24,000 nucleotides of DNA from an uncultured Veillonellaceae bacterium (GTDB taxonomy: Bacteria > Bacillota > Negativicutes > Veillonellales > Veillonellaceae), in NCBI GenBank assembly GCA_945867815.1, contig CAMBIX010000005.1, positions 123,821-147,820 on the forward strand. The letters are read 5' to 3'. The translations under genes were made by a program, and so were the position numbers. Below the pieces are notes generated by a model. It was given only the letters and a program-made list of their open reading frames with translations, made no database searches and was not told the DNA's origin. Positions 12,109-21,123 of this stretch are shown piece after piece. Each line of letters opens with the position of its first letter. Position 1 is the stretch's first letter.

Positions 12109-12672
12109 ATGAAAATCTATACAATTGATACTGCGTATATTGCTTATTTAAGAACTATTGATAAAAGAGTACCTATTCAACATAAAAATTTAGTCAACAG
12201 GCCTTATGCCGGCATTATTGTAATGGAAAATCAGCAAAAATATTTTATTCCGCTCTCTTCTCCTAAGCCGAAACATATACACATGAAAAATCAATTAGAT
12301 TTTATAAAAATTGCTGACGGTAAACTAGGTGTTTTGAATCTTAACAATATGATTCCTGTGCCTGATACTGTCTACAAAGAAATAAATGTACTAGCACTAT
12401 TAAAAAGTAAATCTTCAACAGATAATCAATATGGCGGTTTATTAGACTTACAAGAAAAATGGCTAACTAAAAACAAAGATTTTATTTATACTAAAGCAAG
12501 AGCCTTATATAAAAAATATAAGGAAGAACGTCTTCCCTATTCAATTTATAAACGTTGTCTTTCTTATACTGAACTAGAATTAGGATTAAAAGAGTATTCC
12601 ATACATACAGATAAACAGCCAGAATTAACTATAAATAAACGGCAGTCACAAGGTATGGGGCGCGAACGATAA
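12109..12672 (+). CDS. toxN: ToxN/AbiQ-family type III toxin endoribonuclease
   Basis: MKIYTIDTAYIAYLRTIDKRVP, YFIPLSSPKPKH and LGVLNLNNMIPV parallel ToxN MKFYTISSKYIEYLKEFDDKVP, YLAPLTSPKKWH and LGLINLKFMIPI (as recalled). SD AGGAGAG. Confidence 0.9.
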   Translation: MKIYTIDTAYIAYLRTIDKRVPIQHKNLVNRPYAGIIVMENQQKYFIPLSSPKPKHIHMKNQLDFIKIADGKLGVLNLNNMIPVPDTVYKEINVLALLKSKSSTDNQYGGLLDLQEKWLTKNKDFIYTKARALYKKYKEERLPYSIYKRCLSYTELELGLKEYSIHTDKQPELTINKRQSQGMGRER

Positions 12673-12674
12673 TC

Positions 12675-14864
12675 TTATAGACTCCATCCACCTTTTACCC
12701 GCTCTTCTACTCGTTCCATTTCTGTCTTTTCTTTATCTTGGTCTTCTTCCTCTACGATATGCATTTGAGGCCCTACAGGCACTCTATCATCCATCACTTT
12801 AGAAAACATATTAGAGATAGATTGATTTGCTTTAGGTGTCATATGACCGCTAACGGTTGCACGATGTGCAGCCGTTTTATTTTTTTGTCCGTTTATTTTT
12901 TGTGCTAATACTTTATACCGCTTGCTATAATCTCTAACTTGAACTAATAGCTGTCTTTTAGGTGTCCGATATACATTTTTTACTTGTAAATATTTACGGC
13001 CGTCTTTAGATTCCGTAGGCACAACTTCTACCCGATATATATCTGCTTGTCCTTGAACGATAGGATCACCAATACGAACAGCAAGGATAGATACAGGCTT
13101 TTTGTTTTCCTTATACATCTTTTCAATAGCCTCTATATTTTCTGTTTCGGTATTAGTAATCGAAATATATTGTTCTCGTTCCTTAACGCCTGTATCAATA
13201 TATTGGATATTACGGCTTAGATTTAGATTGTCTTTTAATGGTATTACCCCATCTAGCTTATTATATATACTAACCGTAGTCGGCAAGCGATCCGCGTACA
13301 AGATACGATTAGGGTCATCATCAAAAAGCTGTTCCATTTTTTTATAAATTTTAGCATATTGCGACCGCTTATAAGACACAGTCTTAGATAAAGACGCTAT
13401 TTCTTTTTCTACTGCTGTATTTTGATTTGTAAAATGTTTCTTAACCGCTTCAAATTCAAAACTTAAAGCCCCATTTTTATGCGTTTCTTGACGTAGTTTA
13501 GACAACGCTTCCACATAAGGCCGTTGCTGCTCTTTAAGGAGCTTTATTCTAGCCTTACTTAAATGATAAAGCTGGCCGTTAAAGACGCTGGCATCATATT
13601 CACGGAAAGCTTTATCCATTTTAGCATAGAGTTTACGTTGTTCATTAATTTGTTTTTGAAATTCATAAACTGTTTTTGCCAACGCCTCATAACGTCCCTT
13701 TGTGGCATGCGAATAAGCCATACGCAATATATCTTTTTTAGGCGTATAGCTATGTTTTACTTGTTCAATTTGTTTATTTGTTTTAGAAATGGAATCACTA
13801 AAAGCTGCCATACGTTCTTCTGCTTTGGCCATAACATCGCCAACAGTAATAATAACGGCCTCCATTTCATCGGCTTTCGCTGTATATTCGGCTTCTTTCT
13901 TTGCCCGTTCTTTTGCTCGTTCTTGTTGAATTTCTTTAGCTAATCTACGGATTAACATGTCATGAGCAAAGATGGCCATTTTAAACTCTTCTTCAGTTTT
14001 AAAAATCTCTGTCCCTACCATATTTTTTTCAGCAGGTTCAATGAACTCACCGCTGTCATCAGTCGTACTAGTAGCTTCATCTACATCTGCTGCAATTAAG
14101 TTGCCCATAGAACGAATAAGTGCCCGCTTTTTAGGATTTTTTACACTGTCTCCTAGCTGTGGGGCTGGTTCTCTATCAAGTAGTTCAGCCTCTTCATACT
14201 GGCCATTTTTAATAAGCTCTGCCCGTTGTTCTTTAAGCGTTTTTTCACTTACGCGAATATCCATATTAAGCTTTTCAAAACGATTATTTACAATATCCGC
14301 CCATTGTTTACGAATGATGGGTAAGCTATTTCTATCATTCCAAAAAGGATTAACTTGATAACCTCCACTTACAGCCCCATTTTTCAACACGTTATACCGA
14401 GCAAAATACGTATTTTTATCTAGCTTGCGGTTTTTATCTATTGTTTTTTCTGAAAACATGATATGAACATGAATATTACGATGGTCATCAGCAAACATCG
14501 CGGTTTTATCATGTACAGCATAGGTATAAGCATGCTTATCAGCTATGCCTGTTTCTTTCAAGAACTCTTCAACGCACTTAAGATTATCTTCTAAAGAGAG
14601 TTCTTCTTGCAGTCCTAGGCGGATTTCACGATAAGCACGGCCATTTATACGGCGGTTATCTTCAGCGGCCTGCCAGAAGTCTAACTCATCTATTGCCCAG
14701 TCAGGCATATTCCCAGAGGTACAGTAAACTAGGTCTTCTTCACGATTACGCATGTGTTCATACTCGCCTTGGCGAGTAATATATTCTGCATGCGTCCGTG
14801 TATTAAGCTTATTTCCATTGCGTTGTACGCCATGGGGTAAGCTTTCGCAGTAGTAAATACTCAT
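12675..14864 (-). CDS. MobA/MobL-family (MOBQ-type) conjugative relaxase with a long coiled-coil C-terminal region
   Basis: The N-terminus MSIYY carries the catalytic Tyr region. REIRLGLQEELSLEDNLKCVEEF. The histidine triad region is HDKTAMFADDHRNIHVHIMFSEK (HxDxxxxHxH). SD AAGGAGGTG. Confidence 0.9.
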   Translation of the reverse strand: MSIYYCESLPHGVQRNGNKLNTRTHAEYITRQGEYEHMRNREEDLVYCTSGNMPDWAIDELDFWQAAEDNRRINGRAYREIRLGLQEELSLEDNLKCVEEFLKETGIADKHAYTYAVHDKTAMFADDHRNIHVHIMFSEKTIDKNRKLDKNTYFARYNVLKNGAVSGGYQVNPFWNDRNSLPIIRKQWADIVNNRFEKLNMDIRVSEKTLKEQRAELIKNGQYEEAELLDREPAPQLGDSVKNPKKRALIRSMGNLIAADVDEATSTTDDSGEFIEPAEKNMVGTEIFKTEEEFKMAIFAHDMLIRRLAKEIQQERAKERAKKEAEYTAKADEMEAVIITVGDVMAKAEERMAAFSDSISKTNKQIEQVKHSYTPKKDILRMAYSHATKGRYEALAKTVYEFQKQINEQRKLYAKMDKAFREYDASVFNGQLYHLSKARIKLLKEQQRPYVEALSKLRQETHKNGALSFEFEAVKKHFTNQNTAVEKEIASLSKTVSYKRSQYAKIYKKMEQLFDDDPNRILYADRLPTTVSIYNKLDGVIPLKDNLNLSRNIQYIDTGVKEREQYISITNTETENIEAIEKMYKENKKPVSILAVRIGDPIVQGQADIYRVEVVPTESKDGRKYLQVKNVYRTPKRQLLVQVRDYSKRYKVLAQKINGQKNKTAAHRATVSGHMTPKANQSISNMFSKVMDDRVPVGPQMHIVEEEDQDKEKTEMERVEERVKGGWSL

Positions 14865-14966
14865 TGTTTATCGCACCTCCTTTCTAGCCTATTTTCATAG
14901 GCTTATTTTTTTGCTTTTTTCGGCTTTGCCGTTTTTTCCATCGGTAGATGGCTATATGACCTCGTA

Positions 14967-15040
14967 GAGCTCATTGGTTTCTCTAATTTTATTACACGTA
15001 GTGTGTAAAAACAGAGAAACCAGTAAATGAGCATTCTTTG
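14967..15040 (+). other. oriT: Origin of transfer (oriT), RSF1010/R1162-like core
   Basis: An inverted repeat pairs GAGCTCATTGGTTTCTCT (14967-14984) with AGAGAAACCAGTAAATGAGC (15013-15032), with a nested TTACAC/GTGTAA stem. The right arm plus flank, GAGAAACCAGTAAATGAGCATT, resembles the RSF1010 oriT GAGAAACCGGTAAGTGCGCCCT (17/22 as recalled). It lies between the relaxase gene and the T4SS operon. Confidence 0.65.
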
Positions 15041-15056
15041 TTTTTTCGCTGGCCTA

Positions 15057-15090
15057 ATTATATCATGGTTTACCATTTTATAAAATAGTA
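15057..15090 (-). promoter_or_regulatory. Candidate relaxase promoter reading through oriT
   Basis: On the minus strand an extended -10 TGaTATAAT lies at 15065-15057. The -35 (TTTTAT) is weak. Confidence 0.35.
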
Positions 15091-15278
15091 TTCCTGATAT
15101 ACCAGCCAGCTTTTTTAGTGCCGCTTCGCTGCACTTCTTTTATTTTCTTGTTTTATTCCATGATGGTAAATCGTTACGATATGTTAAAATAAACGTATCG
15201 TATATTTTAATCTTTTGATTTATTTTTATGTATGATAAAATATAATTAATGTATTATCCATGAGGAGGTGATAAACAG

Positions 15279-15986
15279 ATGGAACCAATACATAGTAATT
15301 TCCCAAAAGGTAATCCTAGTGACACGTTTGAAAAAGGTGCTGGATGGAAATTTGAAAACATGTTGTATAACATGGCCTACGAACGAGATATTGCAAAGAA
15401 ACGAAATGTTATTACCTTGTTCTTGTGCATTATCTGCGTTATTGCAGTCGTGCTGGCTTATACAACCCTGTCTTATAAGACATACGTTGTTCGTGTCGAT
15501 AACGCCACAGGACAAGTACAAACAGGAGGTGAATTAAAAGCAACTAATTATTCCCCTCACGAAGCAGAAATCAAATATGCTTTAAAAAATTACATATTTG
15601 ATATTCGAACAATCCCACTTGATCCAGTGCAATTTAAACGCAATTGGGATGCAGCGCAATCTTACATGACACCTGAAGCCATGAATAAATTGTCTGCTTT
15701 AGTGCAAAAGGAAAATCCAGCTTCACAAATTGGTAAGGTTACAATTCAACCAACAATTAAATCAATCCAGCTTCAGCCTGGAACGAAATCAACTTATCAA
15801 ATTCGTTGGTCTGAGGAAACGTATAATATCAGCGGAAACAAAACAGGTAAGCCTATTAATTATGTGGGTCTATTTACAATTAAGATTGATCCACCAACAA
15901 AAGAAGAACAGCTTCTTGTAAATCCGTTAGGTATTTACATTACAGACTTAGCAATTACAAAAGAATCTGAAGGAGATACTAAATAA
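15279..15986 (+). CDS. virB8: VirB8/TrbF-family T4SS inner-membrane protein
   Basis: A single N-terminal TM helix (ITLFLCIICVIAVVLAY). The periplasmic domain ends in EEQLLVNPLGIYITDLAI, the NPLG motif of TrbF/VirB8. SD GGAGGTG. Confidence 0.85.
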   Translation: MEPIHSNFPKGNPSDTFEKGAGWKFENMLYNMAYERDIAKKRNVITLFLCIICVIAVVLAYTTLSYKTYVVRVDNATGQVQTGGELKATNYSPHEAEIKYALKNYIFDIRTIPLDPVQFKRNWDAAQSYMTPEAMNKLSALVQKENPASQIGKVTIQPTIKSIQLQPGTKSTYQIRWSEETYNISGNKTGKPINYVGLFTIKIDPPTKEEQLLVNPLGIYITDLAITKESEGDTK

Positions 15987-16828
15987 TGCAAGCATTAAAA
16001 AACAAAAAATTAATAGCTGCTACGCTCCTTGCAGCTTCGCAGCTAAGTCTGTTGGCTCCTTCTGCTTTTGCAAATAACGATAATGTATATGGCAAAGCCA
16101 ACTATACATTAAATGCAGCAACAAAAGAAGCCGCAGCCTCTGTTTATCAGTACCACCCTAATAGCGTCTACCATGTAGATACGCAAAAGAATTTTCTTAC
16201 AGATATAGAACTACATCCTGGTGAAAAAATTACTTTTATTGGTGGTGGTAACACCTCTCAATGGATGGTAACAACAAGTACAGTTAACGGTGTGCCTCAT
16301 GTGTACATTAAACCGATTGATTATGGCATTATGACTAATTTAATCGTCAATACAAATGGACGTAGTTACCATTTTGCTGTATACAGCACAAATAAATATA
16401 ATCACATTAAGTTTGAATATCCTGATGAAATACGAAAAGCTATGATGCGTGAACAGGCTCGTCCTGTTTACAAAAATAAAGCGGAAGAAGAATGGTTAAC
16501 TACGCATACACAAATCATCAACGGGATAAGTCAAGCAAAGAATCTTGATTATAATTACACCATGAAAAGCCATGGCGTAGCGAAAGAAAACATGCCAAGT
16601 GAATTTTTTAGTGACGGAACTCGCACTTATATTAAAATTCCAGCAGGCAATAAATATGATTTTCCTACGCTGTATCTTGTAAATGATAAAGGAAAATTAA
16701 CACTTATTAATTACACCGTTTACGGTCAATACTTAGTCGCTGAGCGAGTTTTTACCCGTGCAAGATTACAGTACACAACCAATAGTTATATTGATGTCGT
16801 TCCTAAAAAAGTTAAGGAGGTGAAATAA
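15986..16828 (+). CDS. virB9: VirB9/TrbG-family T4SS outer-membrane core protein
   Basis: Signal peptide MQALKNKKLIAATLLAASQLSLLAPSAFA. YHPNSVYHVDTQKNFLTDIELHPGEKITFIGGGNTSQWMV...YIKP...TNLIVNTNGRSYHFAV is the VirB9 N-domain pattern. Confidence 0.9.
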   Translation: MQALKNKKLIAATLLAASQLSLLAPSAFANNDNVYGKANYTLNAATKEAAASVYQYHPNSVYHVDTQKNFLTDIELHPGEKITFIGGGNTSQWMVTTSTVNGVPHVYIKPIDYGIMTNLIVNTNGRSYHFAVYSTNKYNHIKFEYPDEIRKAMMREQARPVYKNKAEEEWLTTHTQIINGISQAKNLDYNYTMKSHGVAKENMPSEFFSDGTRTYIKIPAGNKYDFPTLYLVNDKGKLTLINYTVYGQYLVAERVFTRARLQYTTNSYIDVVPKKVKEVK

Positions 16829-18228
16829 TGAGTTTTATTTCTAACCTACAAGATAAACTTAAGCGAAAAAAATCTGAAGATGAGTTAGATATGAATGGCA
16901 GTTTATATGAAGATGAATTAGAGCCCAGAGAGCCTAAGACAGTAAAATCAGAATCTAACGAAGATGATTTAATTGAGCTTAAAGACGAAGTGCTCGATGG
17001 GGATAATGTTTCTAAATTTAGTAAGAAGAGAATTATCGGTGCCGCCGCTGGCTGCGTGTTTGCCATTAGCTGTATATATGGCTATGCTAGTTCGGCCGGC
17101 AGCGATAAAAATACAGCGAATAAAACAGATCCCCCTCCTAGTATTCAAGGCCAAATTGATAAAAATAAGGGGCCTGCTGCTGGCATGCCTGAGAATTATT
17201 CTGATATCCAAAAGATGAAAGAAAAACAACAAAAAGAAAAACAGCAACAGCAGGTTCAAAAACCAGTAACGCCACAAACAAGGCCAACACAAACGGCAAC
17301 AATTACACCAACGAATCGGCAAACGCCATCGTATGCGACAACCGTTTCAACGCCTATTATGGCAACGACAACAACGAATAATAACGCTGCTGAAGAAAAG
17401 GCCAAAGCTGAAGCCGAAGCGGCTAAAGCTGCTATTGAGGAACAGCAAAAAATTGCTATGTCCCCTATCGCTTTTAAGCTTGCTGCTGATGCCGTTTCAG
17501 GAACCTCTGTAAATTCTGATTCGCCAAATTCTAAAGATAGTCAATCACAAGAAGCCACGTCTGCTGAAGTCTTTAATACATCTAACGGAACACTTTCACC
17601 CCGTTACTTAGAAGATGCTAATGCCGACTATGGAACGAATCAGACAGGCCAATATATCTTACAGGCAGGCAGTGTAATTAATGCCACATTAATTACTGGT
17701 ATATCAACAGATATACCTAATAATATTGTAACGGCTACTGTCCGCAGCAATGTATACGACAGCCGTACACACAGTCATCTTTTAATTCCACAAGGATCTA
17801 AAATTATTGGTCAAGTAGGTAATCAAGGTGGTAAAGGGGTTAAACGTATTGCTGTTACATGGACACGAATTATATTGCCTGATGGTCAATCGATTATGCT
17901 TCCAAAGTTACCTACCGTTGATGGTACAGGGATGCCTGGCATGAAAGATAAATATGACCAACATACCAATAGCCTATTTAAAACAGCTTTTGCTACTTCG
18001 TTAGTTACGGCTATGGCTCAAGCGGCCACGGGTGGCACCTCTGGTGATGATACTCGTTCCCCTGGTCAAGAAGCCGTATCGGGTGCTGTCGCTCAATTCC
18101 AAGACGCAGCTAATAGTTTAATTGGTCAAGCTGCTAATCAACAAGCAACCGTTGAAATTAGACCAGGCAAAGATTTTAATATCTTTGTAACGCAGGATCT
18201 AAGTATTTCGCAGTATAACGGTTTATAA
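16828..18228 (+). CDS. virB10: VirB10/TrbI-family T4SS core protein
   Basis: An N-terminal TM helix, then a Pro/Thr/Gln-rich linker. C-terminal domain: AGSVINATLITGISTDIPNNIVTATVRSNVYDS...LLIPQGSKIIGQ...RIAVTWTRIILPDGQSI...VDGTGMPGMKDKYDQH. Confidence 0.9.
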   Translation: MSFISNLQDKLKRKKSEDELDMNGSLYEDELEPREPKTVKSESNEDDLIELKDEVLDGDNVSKFSKKRIIGAAAGCVFAISCIYGYASSAGSDKNTANKTDPPPSIQGQIDKNKGPAAGMPENYSDIQKMKEKQQKEKQQQQVQKPVTPQTRPTQTATITPTNRQTPSYATTVSTPIMATTTTNNNAAEEKAKAEAEAAKAAIEEQQKIAMSPIAFKLAADAVSGTSVNSDSPNSKDSQSQEATSAEVFNTSNGTLSPRYLEDANADYGTNQTGQYILQAGSVINATLITGISTDIPNNIVTATVRSNVYDSRTHSHLLIPQGSKIIGQVGNQGGKGVKRIAVTWTRIILPDGQSIMLPKLPTVDGTGMPGMKDKYDQHTNSLFKTAFATSLVTAMAQAATGGTSGDDTRSPGQEAVSGAVAQFQDAANSLIGQAANQQATVEIRPGKDFNIFVTQDLSISQYNGL

Positions 18229-18246
18229 AAATAGGAGCTATAACCT

Positions 18247-20556
18247 ATGTATAGACTCCTATTACCACTCGTATCTATCTGTATTGGTCTTAGTTACTGC
18301 ACACAGCTTTTTGCCGAAAAAGTAGGGTATGCCCCTAACTTTTTAGGTAAACCGTTATTTACTATCGGTCACACAAGTTACTATTGGTTTTACAAATTTA
18401 TTCCATGGTGGCACACCTATCATCAGTACGTACCTAATGCCTTTGATATATGGCCCTTAGCCGTAGCTGTTGTCTTATCCATTCTTTTCTTATGGATTAC
18501 AAAACCTGTACCTGAACTTACCAGTCATGGGAGTGCTCGTTGGGCAGAATATAAAGATTTATTAAAGATGGATTTAATTAGTGGCAGCGGCGTTACAGTT
18601 GGTCTATATGACAGTTCCTTTAAGAAAAGTATGACAAGTTTCTTGCGTTGGTTAGATCTTCGTAAAAACGAAAAAACAAGTTATTTAGAAATGGCGTTTG
18701 ATAAGCGAAGAGATAGACAAATAGATAACTATAAAGAAATGCGAAATATTCTTGAAGGCAAGCTTTCACTTCCTAATCTATCTAGTAAAAGACGAGAGCG
18801 TATAAAAGAACAATTAAAGCATATAGATAAATGTTTAAATGAGCCGTTAAAAAAAATTGATGTAAAGAAAGAAAGTAAATTTATTTACTATTTCTACGTA
18901 TGGCCCTATAAAAAATTTAGTAAATTTTACGCCTCCCTCTCCCATTTTTATTTACGAGATAATTCTAATAAACATATGGCTGTTATTGCACCTACTCGCT
19001 CTGGTAAAGGTGTTGGTCTTATCATTCCTACACTTTTGGGTAGCTGGAAGAGCAGCTGTATCGTTAACGATATTAAATCGGAAAACTGGGGTGTAACCGC
19101 AGGGTATCGTAAATATAAAATGGGTCATACAACTATCAAATTTGAACCAACGGCTTCTGATGGCTCTTCGGCTCGGTGGAATCCACTAGATGAAATTCAT
19201 ATTGGTACACCATCGGAAGTTTCACAAGCTCAAAATTTAGCAGCGATTATCGCTGACTATGAAGGCAAAGGAAAACCCGACCACTGGACGGCTAATGCCG
19301 CTACGGTTATCATGTGCGTTATTTTGTTTTTAAAATATGCCCATGCGAAAGAGCCAGATAAATATCCTAACAATCCATCTTTATATACAGTTGCTTCTTT
19401 TATGAAAGCAACACTTGAAAAAGGTGAAGGTGGATTAAATGCAAAAGGTTTTATTGACACGTTAAACGATGTAGCTACCTATGAACATGTGCCTAAAGAA
19501 GGTATTAATATCAAAGAATGGAATAAAGATAAAAATCGGTATGAAACACGGCATTTCACACAGAAAGATTTAAGGAATATGTATACAGAAGCCTCATCTT
19601 TAGATGAGTTCCCTGGCAATCACCCGATTATTTTCCAAACGATGATTGAAATTACAGCCAAACCGGATAATGAACTAGGATCTATTATTTCAACCGCCAA
19701 TACGGCCTTAAAAGAATACCTAGACCCGGTACTGGCTGAAAATACGTTTGTTAGTGATTTTGATATTGACGACATTATGAATTATAGAAAGCCTGTTTCC
19801 TTATATCTGGTAACACCACCATCAGACTTACTACGGTTAGCACCTATTTTTAGACTATTCTTTGAAATGATGGTACGCCATCATGCACGAAGTATCGGTA
19901 CCTATGTAAATGGACAAGCCAAATCGGAATATAAGCATAAATGCTTATTTCTAATGGACGAATTTTCATCTCTTGGGAATCTGCAATCCTTTGCTGCTAC
20001 CCTATCCTACATCGCAGGGTACGGCATGAAAGTGTTCCTTATTAATCAAGGGCTCCCGCAGATTAATAGCATTTATGGCAAAGATAATCAAATTTTAATG
20101 AACTGTCATTTGCAAATCTTTTATGCACCAAACGATAATGATACCGCTAAATATGGCGAATCCTTATTAGGGAATAAAACGATTATTGTAAAATCTAAGT
20201 CCACGAATAGTAACGGTGGCTGGTTTAATAACGGCAGCACATCCGAACAGGCCACGGCTCGAGCCTTAATGACAGCCGACGAACTAAAGCGTCTTGGCGA
20301 CCAAGAAATTCTCGTTGCCTCTGGCTCCCCTCCTGTTCTTACGGACAAGATTAAATATTATGAAAATAACTATTTTCTTGACCGCTTGATGAATGCCCCT
20401 ATTGTTAGTGATATTGTTCGTCATATCCCTTCAAATGCTGATATTCCCATTATTCCTAATCCTAGGAGAATGGAAACCTTAGCTAAGGCTAAGGTAAAAG
20501 CGAGTAAAAAATTTGTTTATGACGATAAGGCTGTACAGACGAAGCTTGCTCAATAA
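18247..20556 (+). CDS. virD4: VirD4/TraG-family type IV coupling protein
   Basis: N-terminal TM helices. Walker A VIAPTRSGKGVGLIIPTLL. Walker B CLFLMDEFSSLG. VFLINQGLPQI. Confidence 0.9.
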   Translation: MYRLLLPLVSICIGLSYCTQLFAEKVGYAPNFLGKPLFTIGHTSYYWFYKFIPWWHTYHQYVPNAFDIWPLAVAVVLSILFLWITKPVPELTSHGSARWAEYKDLLKMDLISGSGVTVGLYDSSFKKSMTSFLRWLDLRKNEKTSYLEMAFDKRRDRQIDNYKEMRNILEGKLSLPNLSSKRRERIKEQLKHIDKCLNEPLKKIDVKKESKFIYYFYVWPYKKFSKFYASLSHFYLRDNSNKHMAVIAPTRSGKGVGLIIPTLLGSWKSSCIVNDIKSENWGVTAGYRKYKMGHTTIKFEPTASDGSSARWNPLDEIHIGTPSEVSQAQNLAAIIADYEGKGKPDHWTANAATVIMCVILFLKYAHAKEPDKYPNNPSLYTVASFMKATLEKGEGGLNAKGFIDTLNDVATYEHVPKEGINIKEWNKDKNRYETRHFTQKDLRNMYTEASSLDEFPGNHPIIFQTMIEITAKPDNELGSIISTANTALKEYLDPVLAENTFVSDFDIDDIMNYRKPVSLYLVTPPSDLLRLAPIFRLFFEMMVRHHARSIGTYVNGQAKSEYKHKCLFLMDEFSSLGNLQSFAATLSYIAGYGMKVFLINQGLPQINSIYGKDNQILMNCHLQIFYAPNDNDTAKYGESLLGNKTIIVKSKSTNSNGGWFNNGSTSEQATARALMTADELKRLGDQEILVASGSPPVLTDKIKYYENNYFLDRLMNAPIVSDIVRHIPSNADIPIIPNPRRMETLAKAKVKASKKFVYDDKAVQTKLAQ

Positions 20557-20720
20557 CTAACATTAAACATTACTTACATTATTATATTCTATACAATTAA
20601 ATTACATTGTTTACATTTTTATATTTATTTACATTTATTTATTTTATTACATTAATTTAATGCAAGTAAATATTTTTAATTACTCTACATTAAATATATT
20701 AATTGCATCAACCAAGAAAG
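20557..20720. promoter_or_regulatory. AT-rich control region with a phased TTACATT(A) motif array upstream of the traD-like/virB11 operon
   Basis: TTACATTA starts at 20574 and 20647. CTACATTA at 20685. TTACATTG at 20602. TTACATTT at 20611 and 20629. AACATTA at 20559 and 20566. Spacings between TTACATT starts are 28, 9, 18, 18 and 38 bp. This is the reverse complement of the motif at 6121-6279, so it has the same orientation relative to the downstream genes. Confidence 0.5.
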
Positions 20721-20730
20721 AGGTGATACT

Positions 20731-21123
20731 ATCGCATCTTTAACGGATTTATCTCGAAAAAAGAAACAGCTCGACTACATTAAGAGAGAAGAACAGAAAT
20801 TTAAATTAGAACTCGAAAGCCTTAGAAAGCAAAAACGCCAACAAGAACGTGTTCTGCGAGAAGCGGAACTATCCCATGTTGGCCGTCTAATTGAAATGAC
20901 AGGCTATGACATTAAAAGTATGCCTCTTATTGTAGGAGCTATTATCGAAGCCCAAAAACAAATTGCTAATAATGAAGCAGTTAAGGATGTATTTCAAAAA
21001 CATTTTGATGACTTTGTAAAAGAACATCCAATCCCAGATAGCATTATTGAAGATTTTGAATGGGCTAACAAAGAAGATATAGACGATACACCACTAGAAC
21101 AAGATGGTGATGTAAATGATTAA
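20731..21123 (+). CDS. Small coiled-coil conjugal transfer protein (Ti-type TraD-like, tentative), with a probable non-canonical ATC start
   Basis: The frame is open from 20680. SD GAGGTG (20720-20725) lies 5 nt before ATC at 20731. Translation IASLTDLSRKKKQLDYIKREEQKFKLELESLRKQKRQQERVLREAELSHVGRLIEMTGYDIKSMPLIVGAIIEA resembles small TraD proteins (KRxRDTxxKIxLGGLvvKAGl...llGALl). The first ATG (20896) has no SD. The stop overlaps the virB11 start. Confidence 0.5.
   Translation: MASLTDLSRKKKQLDYIKREEQKFKLELESLRKQKRQQERVLREAELSHVGRLIEMTGYDIKSMPLIVGAIIEAQKQIANNEAVKDVFQKHFDDFVKEHPIPDSIIEDFEWANKEDIDDTPLEQDGDVND

Noticed and set aside
13102-14358. Plus-strand ORFs 13102-13347, 13563-13943 and 13972-14358
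   Set aside because: They are antisense shadows inside the 729-aa relaxase gene. Their translations are low-complexity and hydrophobic, with no SDs.
15215-15246. Promoter for the virB8 operon (TATAAT at 15241-15246)
   Set aside because: The -10 is perfect, but no acceptable -35 lies at 16-18 nt. In DNA this AT-rich a lone TATAAT is weak evidence.
15246-15537. ORFs 15246-15521(-) and 15268-15537(+)
   Set aside because: They overlap the virB8 5' region in other frames. virB8 has the SD and the family motifs.
16812-17322. ORFs 16812-17066(-), 16969-17322(-) and 16973-17218(+)
   Set aside because: They lie within the virB10 linker region. Their translations are repetitive and low-complexity, typical of alternative-frame artefacts.
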